Source: Microcoleus sp.
GTDB taxonomy: Bacteria; Cyanobacteriota; Cyanobacteriia; Cyanobacteriales; Microcoleaceae
Length of the DNA: 64,000 nucleotides
NCBI GenBank assembly: GCA_052279835.1
Contig: CP181291.1
Location: 4,736,001-4,800,000 of the forward strand
Direction of reading: 5' to 3'
Part shown: positions 8,367-19,300 of the stretch, piece by piece
Layout: every line of letters starts with the position of its first letter
How positions within the stretch are numbered: the first letter of the stretch is position 1
Position numbers and translations under genes: made by a program
Notes under the pieces: model-generated
What the model was told of the DNA's origin: nothing
The model's input: the letters and a program-made list of their open reading frames with translations, nothing else
The model's database searches: none

Positions 8367-11153
8367 CTATCGACTACTTTGATTTAAGATTGTTTCAATT
8401 TGATTTTGTGCTTGTTCGAGTTCCCGACGTTTCTCAGCCAGCCAAAGTTTTTCAGCTTCGCATTCTTTTAGGGTTGCGCGATCGCGCTTTTCCTGCTGTT
8501 CTAATAAATTTTCCCACAGAGAGATCGCTTTTGACATCGCACCGCTACTTATCTCAACTCTTTTTTCAAATACTTCAATAATTCTTTCGTATATCTTATC
8601 AAAAATCGACTGCGAAGATTCATCAAACTTCTTAAACCCTAACTCACAAACTTTTTGCTTAATCTGGTTATGAATTCCATCAACATCTAGCATTCCCAAT
8701 CCAAATGCGCCACCCCCACTAGCAGCTAAGGCACCCAAAATAACTGGAATAATACCAAGTCCTGTGAAAAACAGCAATCCCGTCGCTACTAATCCACCAA
8801 GACCTAAACCGCCAAGATAACCTCCAGGACCTCCAATATCTGAGTCGAACGATGAAGCGATACCGCTTCCACCGATGCCAAACCCGCCCAGATTACCTGC
8901 GATCGCCACATTATTAAACTGACTGACAAGGTTACTACTCAGTTGCTTATCAAGCTTTTGAAACTCCTGCCAAATTGCAGAAATATCTTCATTAATTTGA
9001 CTGTTTAAATCTCCTATATTCTGTTGTAAAATAGACTGTACTTTTTGAGTAGCCCAATCTTCTATTTCTTGGGTGATATCTTCCCCAAATTGATCTAAAT
9101 AATCTTTAGTCAACTCTTTTTGACTCCAGATATGCGAATGATCAGAAGTCCAGAGAGCGCTTTTTGCAATCAGGCGTTCTCCCAATCCTTCCACCCATTC
9201 AGTCCAAGATTCAACAACTTCTTCTACAGATTGCTCCCTCAGTTGATCCGCTAAAAGTTTGATTTTCACATCGCGGCCGCTTGCTTCCGCCATCAGTTCA
9301 AATATTTTCAATTTATCTCCTGGAGAAACTGTCAATTTTCCTTCTACGATTTTCCTCTCTTGAGTCAATTCATCGCAGCCAGTGTCAATGATTTGCTTCA
9401 TTCCGGCGGCAGATTGCTGAAGTGCGATCGCGCCCCGTTCAACTGTCAAAAACTGTTCGAGAGATTTGGTAAAATCCTGAAAAGATTTCACATACTCATT
9501 TTCCGTCCCATCCAAAATAGCCTCAAGTGCAGATTGAGCCGAAATCAAATGAATCCGGTTTTCACCAGCAATCAAATTTTGACTCTTCACAATCGTTTCT
9601 ACCCTTTGTCTTACCTGCTTGCGGCTTTCTTCCCGACGCAGCAAATCGGCAAAATTAACTAAAACAAAAATACTCTTCCCAGCTTCGCCATCTTTACCCT
9701 GATTCAACTCTTTTTTCAAATACAAAAGCAGTTCCCGTTCTTTTTCTGTCAAAGCATTTTGAGCGTGAGTCAAGAAAATCACCGCATCAGTTGTTTTGAG
9801 AACTTGTTGGGTAACTAACGTGCGTTCCGCTTGTTCGTTCAATCCGGGAGAATCAATAATTTCTACACCATTGGTACACAATTCGAGATTCGGATGCTCG
9901 AAAATGATTTCTTTGATTTCTGAATTGACAATTTCATCTCCAAAAGAACCTAAAGCCGCTTCCTCTGAAATTGAAGCTTTCTCTTTATATTGCTGGGGTG
10001 AAATCTCCTCCTCGCGTCCATTTTTGTATTTGCAGATAACCCGCTGCTGCGGCCCGTATTTCAAAACTGTCACCGTACCGCTACAGGGAATATCCCGCAC
10101 CGGTTGAATTTCCTCGCCCAGCAAAGCATTGAGTAAAGTAGATTTGCCTTTACTAAACTCGCCGACAACAGCAACGCGAAAACATTGAGATTGCAATCTC
10201 TGAGATACTTTCGTTACTTCTGCTGTTAAATTAGGAGATAGCACGTTGCGATCGCATCCATCTCGCAGAGTTAAAAATAGTTGTCCGCAAACAGCATCCA
10301 GTTGTTGCCGATACTCCTTAAACTTTTTCAACTCCTGATAGGATGAAACTGGCTGCTTTCGATTTTTTTGATGCTTCGGTTCTGTTGGTAAATCTGCAAT
10401 AATCTGAACTGAATCCAGTTGATTTATTTCCTGTTTAAGTTCTGTTGGTAAATCTGCAATAATCTGAACTGAATCCAGTTGATTTTTTTCCTGTTCAAAT
10501 TCTGTTGGTAAATCTGCAATAATCTTAACTGAATCCAGTTGATTTTTTTGATGCTTCGGTTTTGCTCGCAAATGTTCGATAATATGACTAGCAGCACGGA
10601 CAAACATAGAATCGAGAGATTGAAATCCTGCTGGATCGAGTAACGACTGAACTTCTGCTAAAGCTGCTGTATCCCTTATTGCCTGACTGCTAAAACTCGC
10701 TTCCAAAACAGTCAAAAATCGCGCATCAACTCCGACTCGATCGGCAATGAGGGTCAAATACTGTTTTTCGCGATCGTGCATGGTTCCATCTGCGGCCGAC
10801 ATCTGATAGCCAAAACTAATTAGCAGCAGTCTTTCCTCCTCAGAAAAACACGCTGTCAGCGCCAGCAACTCCGGCAATTTCTTGTAAATTTTATGTTCCC
10901 GCACGCCCTTAACCATCAGCATCGCCAATTGTCGCAAACTGTTGTTAGCGGGGATAAGTTCCGTCAAAGTTGTCCGCAAGTGCTGGATTTCCTCAGCGTC
11001 AACCGTACCATCAGCATAGATGACTCCCAGCAACACCGTCACTAGCCCCGGCAGAAAGAGGATCGGGGGAGTCATATCCTCCCTACGAAGTCTTTGCCCT
11101 GTCAGCAGCGAAACAAGCTCAACCGTTTGCGAACTAATTAGCGAAGTGTTCAT
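8367..11153 (-). CDS. TerB-domain / bacterial dynamin-like GTPase fusion
   Basis: ADGTVDAEE and ADGTMHDRE TerB motifs; GEFSKGKS, DSPG and NFAD G-motifs; Gly-rich hydrophobic paddle near the C-terminus. Confidence 0.88.
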   Translation of the reverse strand: MNTSLISSQTVELVSLLTGQRLRREDMTPPILFLPGLVTVLLGVIYADGTVDAEEIQHLRTTLTELIPANNSLRQLAMLMVKGVREHKIYKKLPELLALTACFSEEERLLLISFGYQMSAADGTMHDREKQYLTLIADRVGVDARFLTVLEASFSSQAIRDTAALAEVQSLLDPAGFQSLDSMFVRAASHIIEHLRAKPKHQKNQLDSVKIIADLPTEFEQEKNQLDSVQIIADLPTELKQEINQLDSVQIIADLPTEPKHQKNRKQPVSSYQELKKFKEYRQQLDAVCGQLFLTLRDGCDRNVLSPNLTAEVTKVSQRLQSQCFRVAVVGEFSKGKSTLLNALLGEEIQPVRDIPCSGTVTVLKYGPQQRVICKYKNGREEEISPQQYKEKASISEEAALGSFGDEIVNSEIKEIIFEHPNLELCTNGVEIIDSPGLNEQAERTLVTQQVLKTTDAVIFLTHAQNALTEKERELLLYLKKELNQGKDGEAGKSIFVLVNFADLLRREESRKQVRQRVETIVKSQNLIAGENRIHLISAQSALEAILDGTENEYVKSFQDFTKSLEQFLTVERGAIALQQSAAGMKQIIDTGCDELTQERKIVEGKLTVSPGDKLKIFELMAEASGRDVKIKLLADQLREQSVEEVVESWTEWVEGLGERLIAKSALWTSDHSHIWSQKELTKDYLDQFGEDITQEIEDWATQKVQSILQQNIGDLNSQINEDISAIWQEFQKLDKQLSSNLVSQFNNVAIAGNLGGFGIGGSGIASSFDSDIGGPGGYLGGLGLGGLVATGLLFFTGLGIIPVILGALAASGGGAFGLGMLDVDGIHNQIKQKVCELGFKKFDESSQSIFDKIYERIIEVFEKRVEISSGAMSKAISLWENLLEQQEKRDRATLKECEAEKLWLAEKRRELEQAQNQIETILNQSSR
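10381..10560. repeat. Three 60-bp in-frame tandem repeats in the TerB-dynamin linker
   Basis: TCTGTTGGTAAATCTGCAATAATCT.AACTGAATCCAGTTGATTT at 10381, 10441 and 10501. Confidence 0.9.
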
Positions 11154-11235
11154 TTGTCGCGCCTACTGATAGTTTTTTTTTATTTAAACTATCATAATAG
11201 ATAAGTTATTCTTGGGTATGCTACCAGGGTAAAAA

Positions 11236-12528
11236 TTGATGATGAACTTTGTATTTCCCCCGGCGGTACAGGCTGCGATCGAGGCTGGCAAGTACGCACA
11301 AGTGTTTACATCGGCTGGAGTGCCGATCGGCATAGCGAGAGATGCAGCGACGGGACAGTTTGCCGCCCAGGCCGTTGGCGCGGTTGTCAACAATAGCCCT
11401 CTCTCCCCCTTAGTGTCTCCCGTACAGCTTGCAATGGGCGGCTTGCAGATGTACCAAAATCACATGGGCTTTCAAGCCGTCCAAGCCAGTTTGGGGGTGC
11501 TGCAAGCGACTACAGCCGTCATTGGTGTGGGAGTTGTGGCTGGGGTAGCTTTGTCAGCGGTGAATTTGCACCAGACATTGAAACTAAAAAAAGCGGTAGA
11601 AAGGCTCGAAGTTAAAGTAGAAAATGGTTTCATCAATTTAGAACAACTTGTTAAAGGCCAAGGCGCGGAAATTAAGCAATTAATTGCCGAAGTGGTTGCA
11701 GATATAAAATTTGACAACCATCGCCTAGTGTTAGTGCGGGCTTACGGGTTATTTAATCAAGCAATTCAACGAATGCGATCGGCTTTGCAACTGGAAGATA
11801 TCAACCGCCGCAATGCTGAAATTGATGCAGCGCGCGGGATGCTGTTTGAAGCTTTAGCCGATTACAGAAACCCGCAGTTGTTGTCAGAAACTTGTGCGGC
11901 GGGACAGTTGCGCCGGTTAGAGTGCAGTTGGACGATCGAACAAAGTATTATCGCGACTTATCAGGTGCAAAATGAGTTTGGTGCTGCGGGCGATCGCATT
12001 TCTCAGCTTCAACAACAAATCCGTCAAGACGGCCTCGGTATTATACAATGCTGCGACTCTGACGACGAGCTAGATTTTCTGTTTCCTGAAATCACGCGCA
12101 TTCACAATCACGATTTAGTTGTATTAGAGACTTGGCAAAATCAGATTGACTGGATGAAAGCTTTGCCGCCAAGTGAATTAAAACAGTTACAAAGTGCTGA
12201 TTTAAGTAAATCTGACTCGGCTGTTAAGGTGGAGAAAAACTCAGCCGCGACAGCTTTAGCGATACCAGACGAACAGTTATTTTATGAAAATTTGCGGCCG
12301 AAGTCTCATTTTTATGCGCTTCGCACTCAATTGGAACTGATGCTCGATCGGCAGAGACGTGAAGAGTATGAAGGTTATATCATTGAACAAGGGGAACTAG
12401 CGGGTCATAAAAGTTTAGTATTGTCGAATTTGGAGAAAGCATCAGATTTGGCTGTTGCTAATCTCTTTTACTATTTCAGAGTCTGGGATGAATCGGAAGA
12501 CGAATTAGAATTAGCGAACACCCCATAA
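11236..12528 (+). CDS. Hypothetical protein with a hydrophobic Gly/Ala/Val segment and helical C-terminus, divergent from the dynamin
   Basis: 430-aa ORF containing LGVLQATTAVIGVGVVAGVALSAV. Confidence 0.8.
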   Translation: MMMNFVFPPAVQAAIEAGKYAQVFTSAGVPIGIARDAATGQFAAQAVGAVVNNSPLSPLVSPVQLAMGGLQMYQNHMGFQAVQASLGVLQATTAVIGVGVVAGVALSAVNLHQTLKLKKAVERLEVKVENGFINLEQLVKGQGAEIKQLIAEVVADIKFDNHRLVLVRAYGLFNQAIQRMRSALQLEDINRRNAEIDAARGMLFEALADYRNPQLLSETCAAGQLRRLECSWTIEQSIIATYQVQNEFGAAGDRISQLQQQIRQDGLGIIQCCDSDDELDFLFPEITRIHNHDLVVLETWQNQIDWMKALPPSELKQLQSADLSKSDSAVKVEKNSAATALAIPDEQLFYENLRPKSHFYALRTQLELMLDRQRREEYEGYIIEQGELAGHKSLVLSNLEKASDLAVANLFYYFRVWDESEDELELANTP

Positions 12529-12714
12529 AAGGGGTAGAATTCACCTGACGGCATCATTGTCACCATCCTGTAGGCAGGGCTGTTTCATTCTCCAAAAAAC
12601 CAGGATTTTGTAGGGGTAGTGCCCCCGTGCCCATTGGTGTCAACTTAAGCCTGAAAGCCCTGAGAAATCTGGTTTTTACCTGAGTCTAGATCCCCCTAAA
12701 TCCCCCTTAAGAAG

Positions 12715-14289
12715 CTATGCCTTACTCACATCTTTCTTAACAAAATCAGGCTTGACATCTGGGGGGGAATGGGTAGAAACTAATTTCCATGTAGCAGCAA
12801 TGTCATGCAAACGTTGCCATCCTCGCCAAAGGGTCTTGACACCCGGTTCACCATCTCCTTTACGCCCCAAAAATCCACGCCCGTTTCGCAATCCAACGAA
12901 TACAATTACTTAAAGTTGGGGGTGATTCAGTAGGGATAGGAGTCGAGTGAATTGTGCAGTAAAGTGCTTGCCACTCATGGGTTTCCAGAATGGTGTCCCC
13001 TCCAATCTCAGGATGATGACGAGATTCGTAAATCATCCATAATAAGCGCCAGGCCACAATTGTGTAGGTAGATAAAGCCCGTTCGATGCGCGAGGCAGTT
13101 TCCAATTGTAGCTGTTCTAAACCGCAGCCACTTTTAAGAACGTAATGATAGCGTTCGATTAACCAACGGTAACTGTACCAACGTAAGCATTGGACAATAT
13201 CATCAAAACCAGTAATCGGCAAGGTGGTTAATAACAACCAGCTCACAGGCTTCTCTGTGGTTGGCGGGTTTGCTTCATTAGCCAGAATTACTTGCACTCG
13301 CAGTGGCTGTAAATTCTGGTGCTGAGGGTGGCTTTGAGGAGGTAAAATTTCGACCGTTGTAGCCTGCAGGTTCAGAGTTGCTTTACGAGCTGCTCGCTGC
13401 GGATTAGCTCGCAATTCCAAGTCCAGTTGTCCCGCGATCGGTACTTTGGCGATCGCACTTTGTAGTCGCTCTACTTCTAGAGTCCCATCAGAGTTCTTGA
13501 CTTGACGGTTGTGATAGGCGCGAATTAACAACTGAGAATTCTCTGGTCTTTCAGTCGCTAAAAAGTCATAGATGTCGGCTTCGCGATCGGCTACCGTTAG
13601 TACAGTAATCGACTCTGGCATCACTTTCTGGGTCTCTTCTAAAGCTGTTAACCAACGCTGGCTTTCTTTGTCTTTGGTTTCTGTTTGATTCCGAGAACGC
13701 TTCTTACCTATAGTGGTAGGGTCTCGCGCCCAGACTTGTTGGTGCAATACTCCCAAGGGTACTCCAACAGCCGAGCTACAAAATACTGAGTGAACTTTCA
13801 GACCCCGACTGGTGGCACTATCCAAGTGTCCCATCCCTTTCTTGTTCTTATGGTGGGTGAAATTCAGTTCTGTGGTGTCCTGAATCGCCAGAACTATTGG
13901 GTGTACTTTGATTCGTTCCAAGGTACTTTTTTGGTGAGCTTGCCTAATCGCATCTGAGGAGACTCTTGGAGATGACCAAAAGTCATAAGCCCCTTGAGTA
14001 GCAGCCCAGTCCCCTGATGCTTGTGGCACGCTGGCATGGGGTTGTGAGGCTAAGTCTGACACAATTCTCGCCAGTCGTTTCACGCGACGCCGATCGCCCA
14101 AACAAGCGAATTTTAGTTCTGCTAGAGCCCATTGTGCCGTCATCATTCCTCGCTCGCCTCCATTACGTCATTTGAGGATTACTTGATTCACTTCCTGGTT
14201 GTCAAGCTCACGCTTCGGGCGATCGCCTTACAAACCGCTCCGGCTCAAGCCGGAGCGACTTTGTTAAGAAAGATGTGAGTAAGGCATAG
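12715..14289 (-). mobile_element. IS4-family (IS50/Tn5-like) insertion sequence
   Basis: Perfect 30-bp TIR CTATGCCTTACTCACATCTTTCTTAACAAA and 9-bp target duplication CTTAAGAAG at 12706-12714 and 14290-14298. Confidence 0.95.
12781..14146 (-). pseudogene. Tn5-like transposase with a frameshift near the C-terminus
   Basis: WALAEL..LGDRR, IQDTT, ADREAD and YSYRWLIERYH..LKSGC motifs. The conserved GFLGRKGDGEPGVKTLWRGWQRL tail lies in another frame beyond ~12880. Confidence 0.85.
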
Positions 14290-14498
14290 CTTAAGAAGGG
14301 GGACTTTGATCGGACTCCTGTCCCCCCCGAATGTAGGGGCGGTGCCCCCGTGCCCGCCCTCTTGGCTAGGGGGATCTGGCCTTAATCGTCAAACAGTAGT
14401 CTCTGAAGGGGTTTGACGTTAAGTTGACACCTATGCCCCGTGCCTACCCCCGCCACTGGTGCAAGATATTAAGTCCTGCTTTTTTAGTTTCCGTCTCT

Positions 14499-15194
14499 AT
14501 GGATGAACAACTGTATCGACTGATTGCACAGGCGTGCCAGCACCCCTTGAAAAGCTCGAAAAGGCGAAAGGCGATGAATCTGCTGCTAGTTGAAATTCAA
14601 CAACTACCGGGATTAGCTAAATCGTCTCACCCAGACTATTTAGATGCTTTGAATCGTACCTTTGAATGGATAAACCGACAACTATGTCAAGGCTTCGATC
14701 GCGATCGACCTTTGATTCAAAAGCGCTTGCTGCAATGGGTCAACAGTTACCTCGGCTGGCGACTTAAAGATTTATACTCACAAAAAAAGGGCGATCGCAG
14801 TTTAGACGCACCTATTACAGACAGTCAAACCGAAACTTCCCTGCTGGAACTTCTAGCAACAACAAATTTTGAGATTCCCACGCGCAGCGGACTTGATGCT
14901 TATATCGAACAAATAGAACGAGAACAACAACAGCAAGTTGGTCTAAAATTGGAACAGTACGTTGAGGAAGATATTGATGAAAAACTGCGGAATTGCCATC
15001 CTCAAACCTATCCAACTTGTAACTGTCAGTTACTCAGTTCCAGAGTGCTGCTAAAAAACCCGCCAGATAAATTTAGCGCGATCGCCAGAGAACATAATAT
15101 CAACTATCAAACTCTAAAATCTCATTGGGAAAGGAACTGTCGCCCCTTACTCCAGGCGATCGCTCTAGAGCTAGGATACAAAAGAGAGGTTTGA
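14499..15194 (+). CDS. Sigma-70-like factor of the cyanobacterial type found next to DUF1822 genes
   Basis: Region-2-like YLDALNRTFEW..WVNSYLGWRLKD, SLDAPI, C-terminal HTH FSAIAREHNINYQTLKSHWER. Confidence 0.72.
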   Translation: MDEQLYRLIAQACQHPLKSSKRRKAMNLLLVEIQQLPGLAKSSHPDYLDALNRTFEWINRQLCQGFDRDRPLIQKRLLQWVNSYLGWRLKDLYSQKKGDRSLDAPITDSQTETSLLELLATTNFEIPTRSGLDAYIEQIEREQQQQVGLKLEQYVEEDIDEKLRNCHPQTYPTCNCQLLSSRVLLKNPPDKFSAIAREHNINYQTLKSHWERNCRPLLQAIALELGYKREV

Positions 15195-15197
15195 ACA

Positions 15198-15974
15198 ATG
15201 AACAGCACAGAAGCCCCCCGATTGACAGTTCCCCTCGGTACCGAAGCTCACCGTCTGGCGAAGCAATTAGCAACAGAAACCCTGTCACTCGCTCCCGCAT
15301 CAACCAAGCGGGAAGTGGCCAAGCGAGTTTACCTCAATACATTAGCTGTTTATGCCGTTTACAGTTACTTGAAGTGGCAAGCCTACGAGCCCCAGCTAGA
15401 GCAAGGGGATAGCTGGCAGCCTATAATTTGTGCTCGATGGGATGTCGCCGATTTGGTACTCCCAGGAATCGGTAAATTGGAGTGCCGTCCTCTGTGGTTC
15501 GGGGAAAGTGCGATCGCTCTTCCCCTAGAAGCAACAGAAGAGCGCATTGGCTATGTAGCCGTTCAGTTTGAGGAACAATTAAACTCAGCAAAACTGTTAG
15601 GATTTGTACCATCAGTGGAGGCTTTAGAAATACAAATCGCTAATCTTCAAACCCTCGATGATTTCGTAGATTATTTAGAGCGACTGGAGTTGGCAAATAG
15701 TTTCTTGCTGAGTGCCGATCCAGTAGCAGTGCAAGTGAGAGATGTACTCAACACTCGATCGATAGCCGAGATTATTGCCCAACTAGAACAGATTTATGGC
15801 AACGAACCGGAAGATGAAAGAGCCTATGCTGTTAAAGATGTTTTTACTGGTGAGGGAATTTATGCAGGCAGCGATCGGGAATTGGGGGAAAATGTTGATG
15901 AGGGCGATCGGGAAATCGAGTTACTAGAACTAGCTGAAGAATTGCTCGAAAAATTAAGAGAGATTTGGAGTTAA
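15198..15974 (+). CDS. DUF1822 family protein
   Basis: AKRVYLNTLAVYAV, ADLVLPGIGKLECRP, RIGYVAVQ..LLGF. Confidence 0.9.
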   Translation: MNSTEAPRLTVPLGTEAHRLAKQLATETLSLAPASTKREVAKRVYLNTLAVYAVYSYLKWQAYEPQLEQGDSWQPIICARWDVADLVLPGIGKLECRPLWFGESAIALPLEATEERIGYVAVQFEEQLNSAKLLGFVPSVEALEIQIANLQTLDDFVDYLERLELANSFLLSADPVAVQVRDVLNTRSIAEIIAQLEQIYGNEPEDERAYAVKDVFTGEGIYAGSDRELGENVDEGDREIELLELAEELLEKLREIWS

Positions 15975-16005
15975 TATCATGTCCTGTTAAATAGATATAA
16001 TTCCT

Positions 16006-16280
16006 GTAGGGGCGGGTTCGCCAACAGTCTCAAATACAAATAATAAATCTCATAAACCCGCCCCGATCGAGATATTATATCAATTCCGGTTGTATCGGAA
16101 TGATTTAACCGCGAAGGCGCAAAGGACGACCCCCCCCTGCCCCCCCCAAGGGGGGAAAGAGGAAGAGAAGAGAGAGTTTAATAATTCCGATGCTAACGGA
16201 TTTTATATTACAAGTGGGGGAGGGCGGGTTTATTTAACTTATCTGCAAGCTTTGAGATGGTTGGCGAACCCGCCCCTACA
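16006..16280. repeat. Inverted GTAG-type REP pair enclosing a second inverted-repeat element
   Basis: GTAGGGGCGGGTTCGCCAAC and GTTGGCGAACCCGCCCCTAC ends; inner element ~16077-16209 resembles 21133-21238. Confidence 0.7.
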
Positions 16281-16332
16281 GGTTAATTGAGAATACTAGA
16301 AAGCAGGCAATTTGGAACAGAGGCGATCGGCG

Positions 16333-19300
16333 ATGAGCGCTAAAAAAATTGATGAACAGCGACAACAAGCTTATTTCGATTTTCTAATGAAATTGCTGCT
16401 GGTAGCGGCAAAAAGTGAAGGAAATAATAAGCTGTTTTACCCCTTATTTCTAGAAAATATAGAGCTATTAAATGAAGAATTTGCTCTCTATTTACGAATT
16501 AAAGTCAACGAGTTTTATAAGGAATATGAATTTCAACAGTGTTTAACATTAGCAGCAATTCTTACTCTAATATCCGAAGCAATTCAAAAATTCCCTCAAG
16601 GCTCCAAGGCGAATAATTTAGAAATTGCGATCGCCGGTTACGAAGCAGCCTTACCAATTTTAAGCCATCATGAAAATCCGATCGTCTGGGCTGCTGCTCA
16701 GAATAATTTAGCTGCTGCTTACACAGCCCGAATTCGGGGATCTCGCGCTTTTAACATAGAGCGTGCTATTCAATCTTATCAAAATACCTTACAAGTCCGC
16801 ACTCGTATTAATTTACCCGCAGATTGGGCCCGAACCCAAATGAATTTGGGAAATGCTTATTTAAATCGGATCGAAGGCGATCGCGCCGACAATATCGAGC
16901 AGTGTATCGAGTATTATAAAGCTGCCTTGCTGGTTTTTTCTCCAGAGGCATTTCCCGTACAGTGGGCGGATATACAAAATAATCTGGGTCTTGCTTATAA
17001 AGAGCGAATTTATGGTAATGCCTCTGACAACATAGAGCAAGCAATTCAATGTTATCTAGCAGCACTGCAAATCTTTACTTACGAGGCATTTCCCGAACAG
17101 TGGGCGAAAGCGTCTAGCAACTTAGCAATTGCCTATCAAGAGCGAAGTCAGGGAGAACCCGCAGACAATATAGAACGATCGATTGCTATCTTACAATCTA
17201 CTTTACAAGTAAATACCCGCGAAGCTTTCCCCTATAAGTGGGCAAATACTCAAGTGAATTTAGGGGCTGCTTACTTTCGGAGAATTCAGGGTAAACAGGC
17301 TCACAACATCGAGTTAGCAATTACTTGCTATGAAGCATCTCTACAAGTTCTAACCAAACAGGAGTCTCCTCAGCTATGGGCCGGTATTCAAAACAATTTA
17401 GGTGCTGCTTACAGTCAACGCATTAAAGGAGAGAAAGCTGACTATTTAGAGCAAGCGATTCACTGCTACAAAGCAGCTTTAGAAATCAGGACTGTTTCAG
17501 CATTACCGATCGACTGGGCCCAAACTCAAGATAATTTAGGTAGTGCTTACCTAAGACGCATTATAGGCGATCGTGCAGACAATTTGGAACAGGCAATTCA
17601 ACACTACCAAGCTGTTTTACAGGTTCGGACTCATCAAGCATTGCCTCAACTGTGGGCGCAAACTCAAAATAATCTGGGAAATACTTATCTTGACAGAATT
17701 CGGGGCGATCGAGCCGAAAATATCGATCGAGCAATTACTTGCTACCAAGCTGCATTGCAAGTTTATTCTCGCGAGAGAACACCTCAGTCTTGGGCAGATA
17801 CGCAAATGAATTTAGGCAATGCTTATTGTAACAGAATTTTGGGCGATACAGCCACCAATATAGAGCGGGGAATTCAATGCTATCAAGCAGCATTATCAGT
17901 CTACACCCGCGAAACACATCCTTTAAATTGGGCTAAAATCCAACAAAATTTGGGCAATGCTTATCGGGACAGAAATGCGGGCGATCGAGCCGAGAACTTA
18001 GAGCAAGCTATTCGCTCTTGTGAAGCAACTTTGCAAGTCTACAGTCAAGAATTAGATCCATATTACTGGGCTAATGCACAAGTAAATTTGGGAAATGCTT
18101 ATGCACATCGAGTGAAGGGAGTGCGGGAAGAAAACTTGAAAGCAGCCATCGATTGCTATCATAAAGCTTTACAAGTAAATACTCGCGAAGCTTTACCGGA
18201 AGATTGGGCCATGACTGTGACCAATTTGGGAGCGGCTTATGAAAAGCTAGGAGAAACTGAAAAAGCGATCGCTCATTTTAATTTAGCTTTGGAAATTTAC
18301 ACTCCCGCAGCCTTTCCCCGCGATTGTTTGCGAGTAGGAAGAAACCTCGGCAATATTGCTTTTATAACTCAACAGTGGGATAAAGCTATTGAAGCTAACA
18401 GTCAAGCTATTGAAGCAGTAGAAACTAGCCGTTCTTGGAGCAGTAGCGAACAGCGGCGGCAGGAAATTTTAGAATCATCTTTTCGGGTATACGCTAATAC
18501 AATACAGGCTTGCGTCAACAATAAACTGTTAGATCAAGCCATTGAATATGTAGAGCGATCGCGCTCCCAACGCCTCGTAGATTTAATCGCAAGCAATGAC
18601 CTTTATCAGGGTGAATCAATTCCTCCTGAAATTCAAACTTATTTGCAGCAGTATGAGACTTTGCAACAACAAATAGACTCTTACCGCTCTCCTCAGCTAT
18701 CTAAGATAGGACTAAGGCCAAAAAAACCCGGTTTCTACGAAAGAGCGTCGATCTATCCGAGAGATATTGACGCAGAAACCGGGTTTTTGGTGCCCGTGCG
18801 TAAGTCCTGTAAGATTGACCAAGAATTCAAAAATGTGAAAATTAGCACTCGTTCCCGTGCTGCTCTGGCTGCTATTAATGAATCGATCGCTCAATTAGAA
18901 GCTCAGAAACAACAAGTTTGGGAACAACTCAGGCGCTTAGATCCCGTATTGGCCGGAGAAATGAAAGTCGCAGCCCCTAATTTAGCTCATATTCAGAAAT
19001 TGATTGATTATCAAACAACAGCTATCCTGAGTTTTTACACAACTTACCAAAATACTCACATCTTTGTCATCAAACGCGATCGAATTACTTGTCATACTTG
19101 TTTAGAGCAAGACAAAGGGTTGCAAGCCTGGATTTTCGAGCGCTGGTTACTTCCCTACGTGCAGCATAAAGCGGAATGGCAAAACTCTCTGCAATCAACT
19201 CTGTCTCAATTAGCAAACTCTCTCGATTTAAAACAACTAATTGAACACCACCTCAGCGGTATTGAAGAACTGATTGTAGTACCTCATCTTTACCTACATT

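Larger units (their letters stand above)
12632..14435. mobile_element. MITE carrying a nested IS
   Basis: TIR CAT(T/A)GGTGTCAACTTAA and 9-bp target duplication CCCCGTGCC at 12623-12631 and 14436-14444. Confidence 0.8.
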
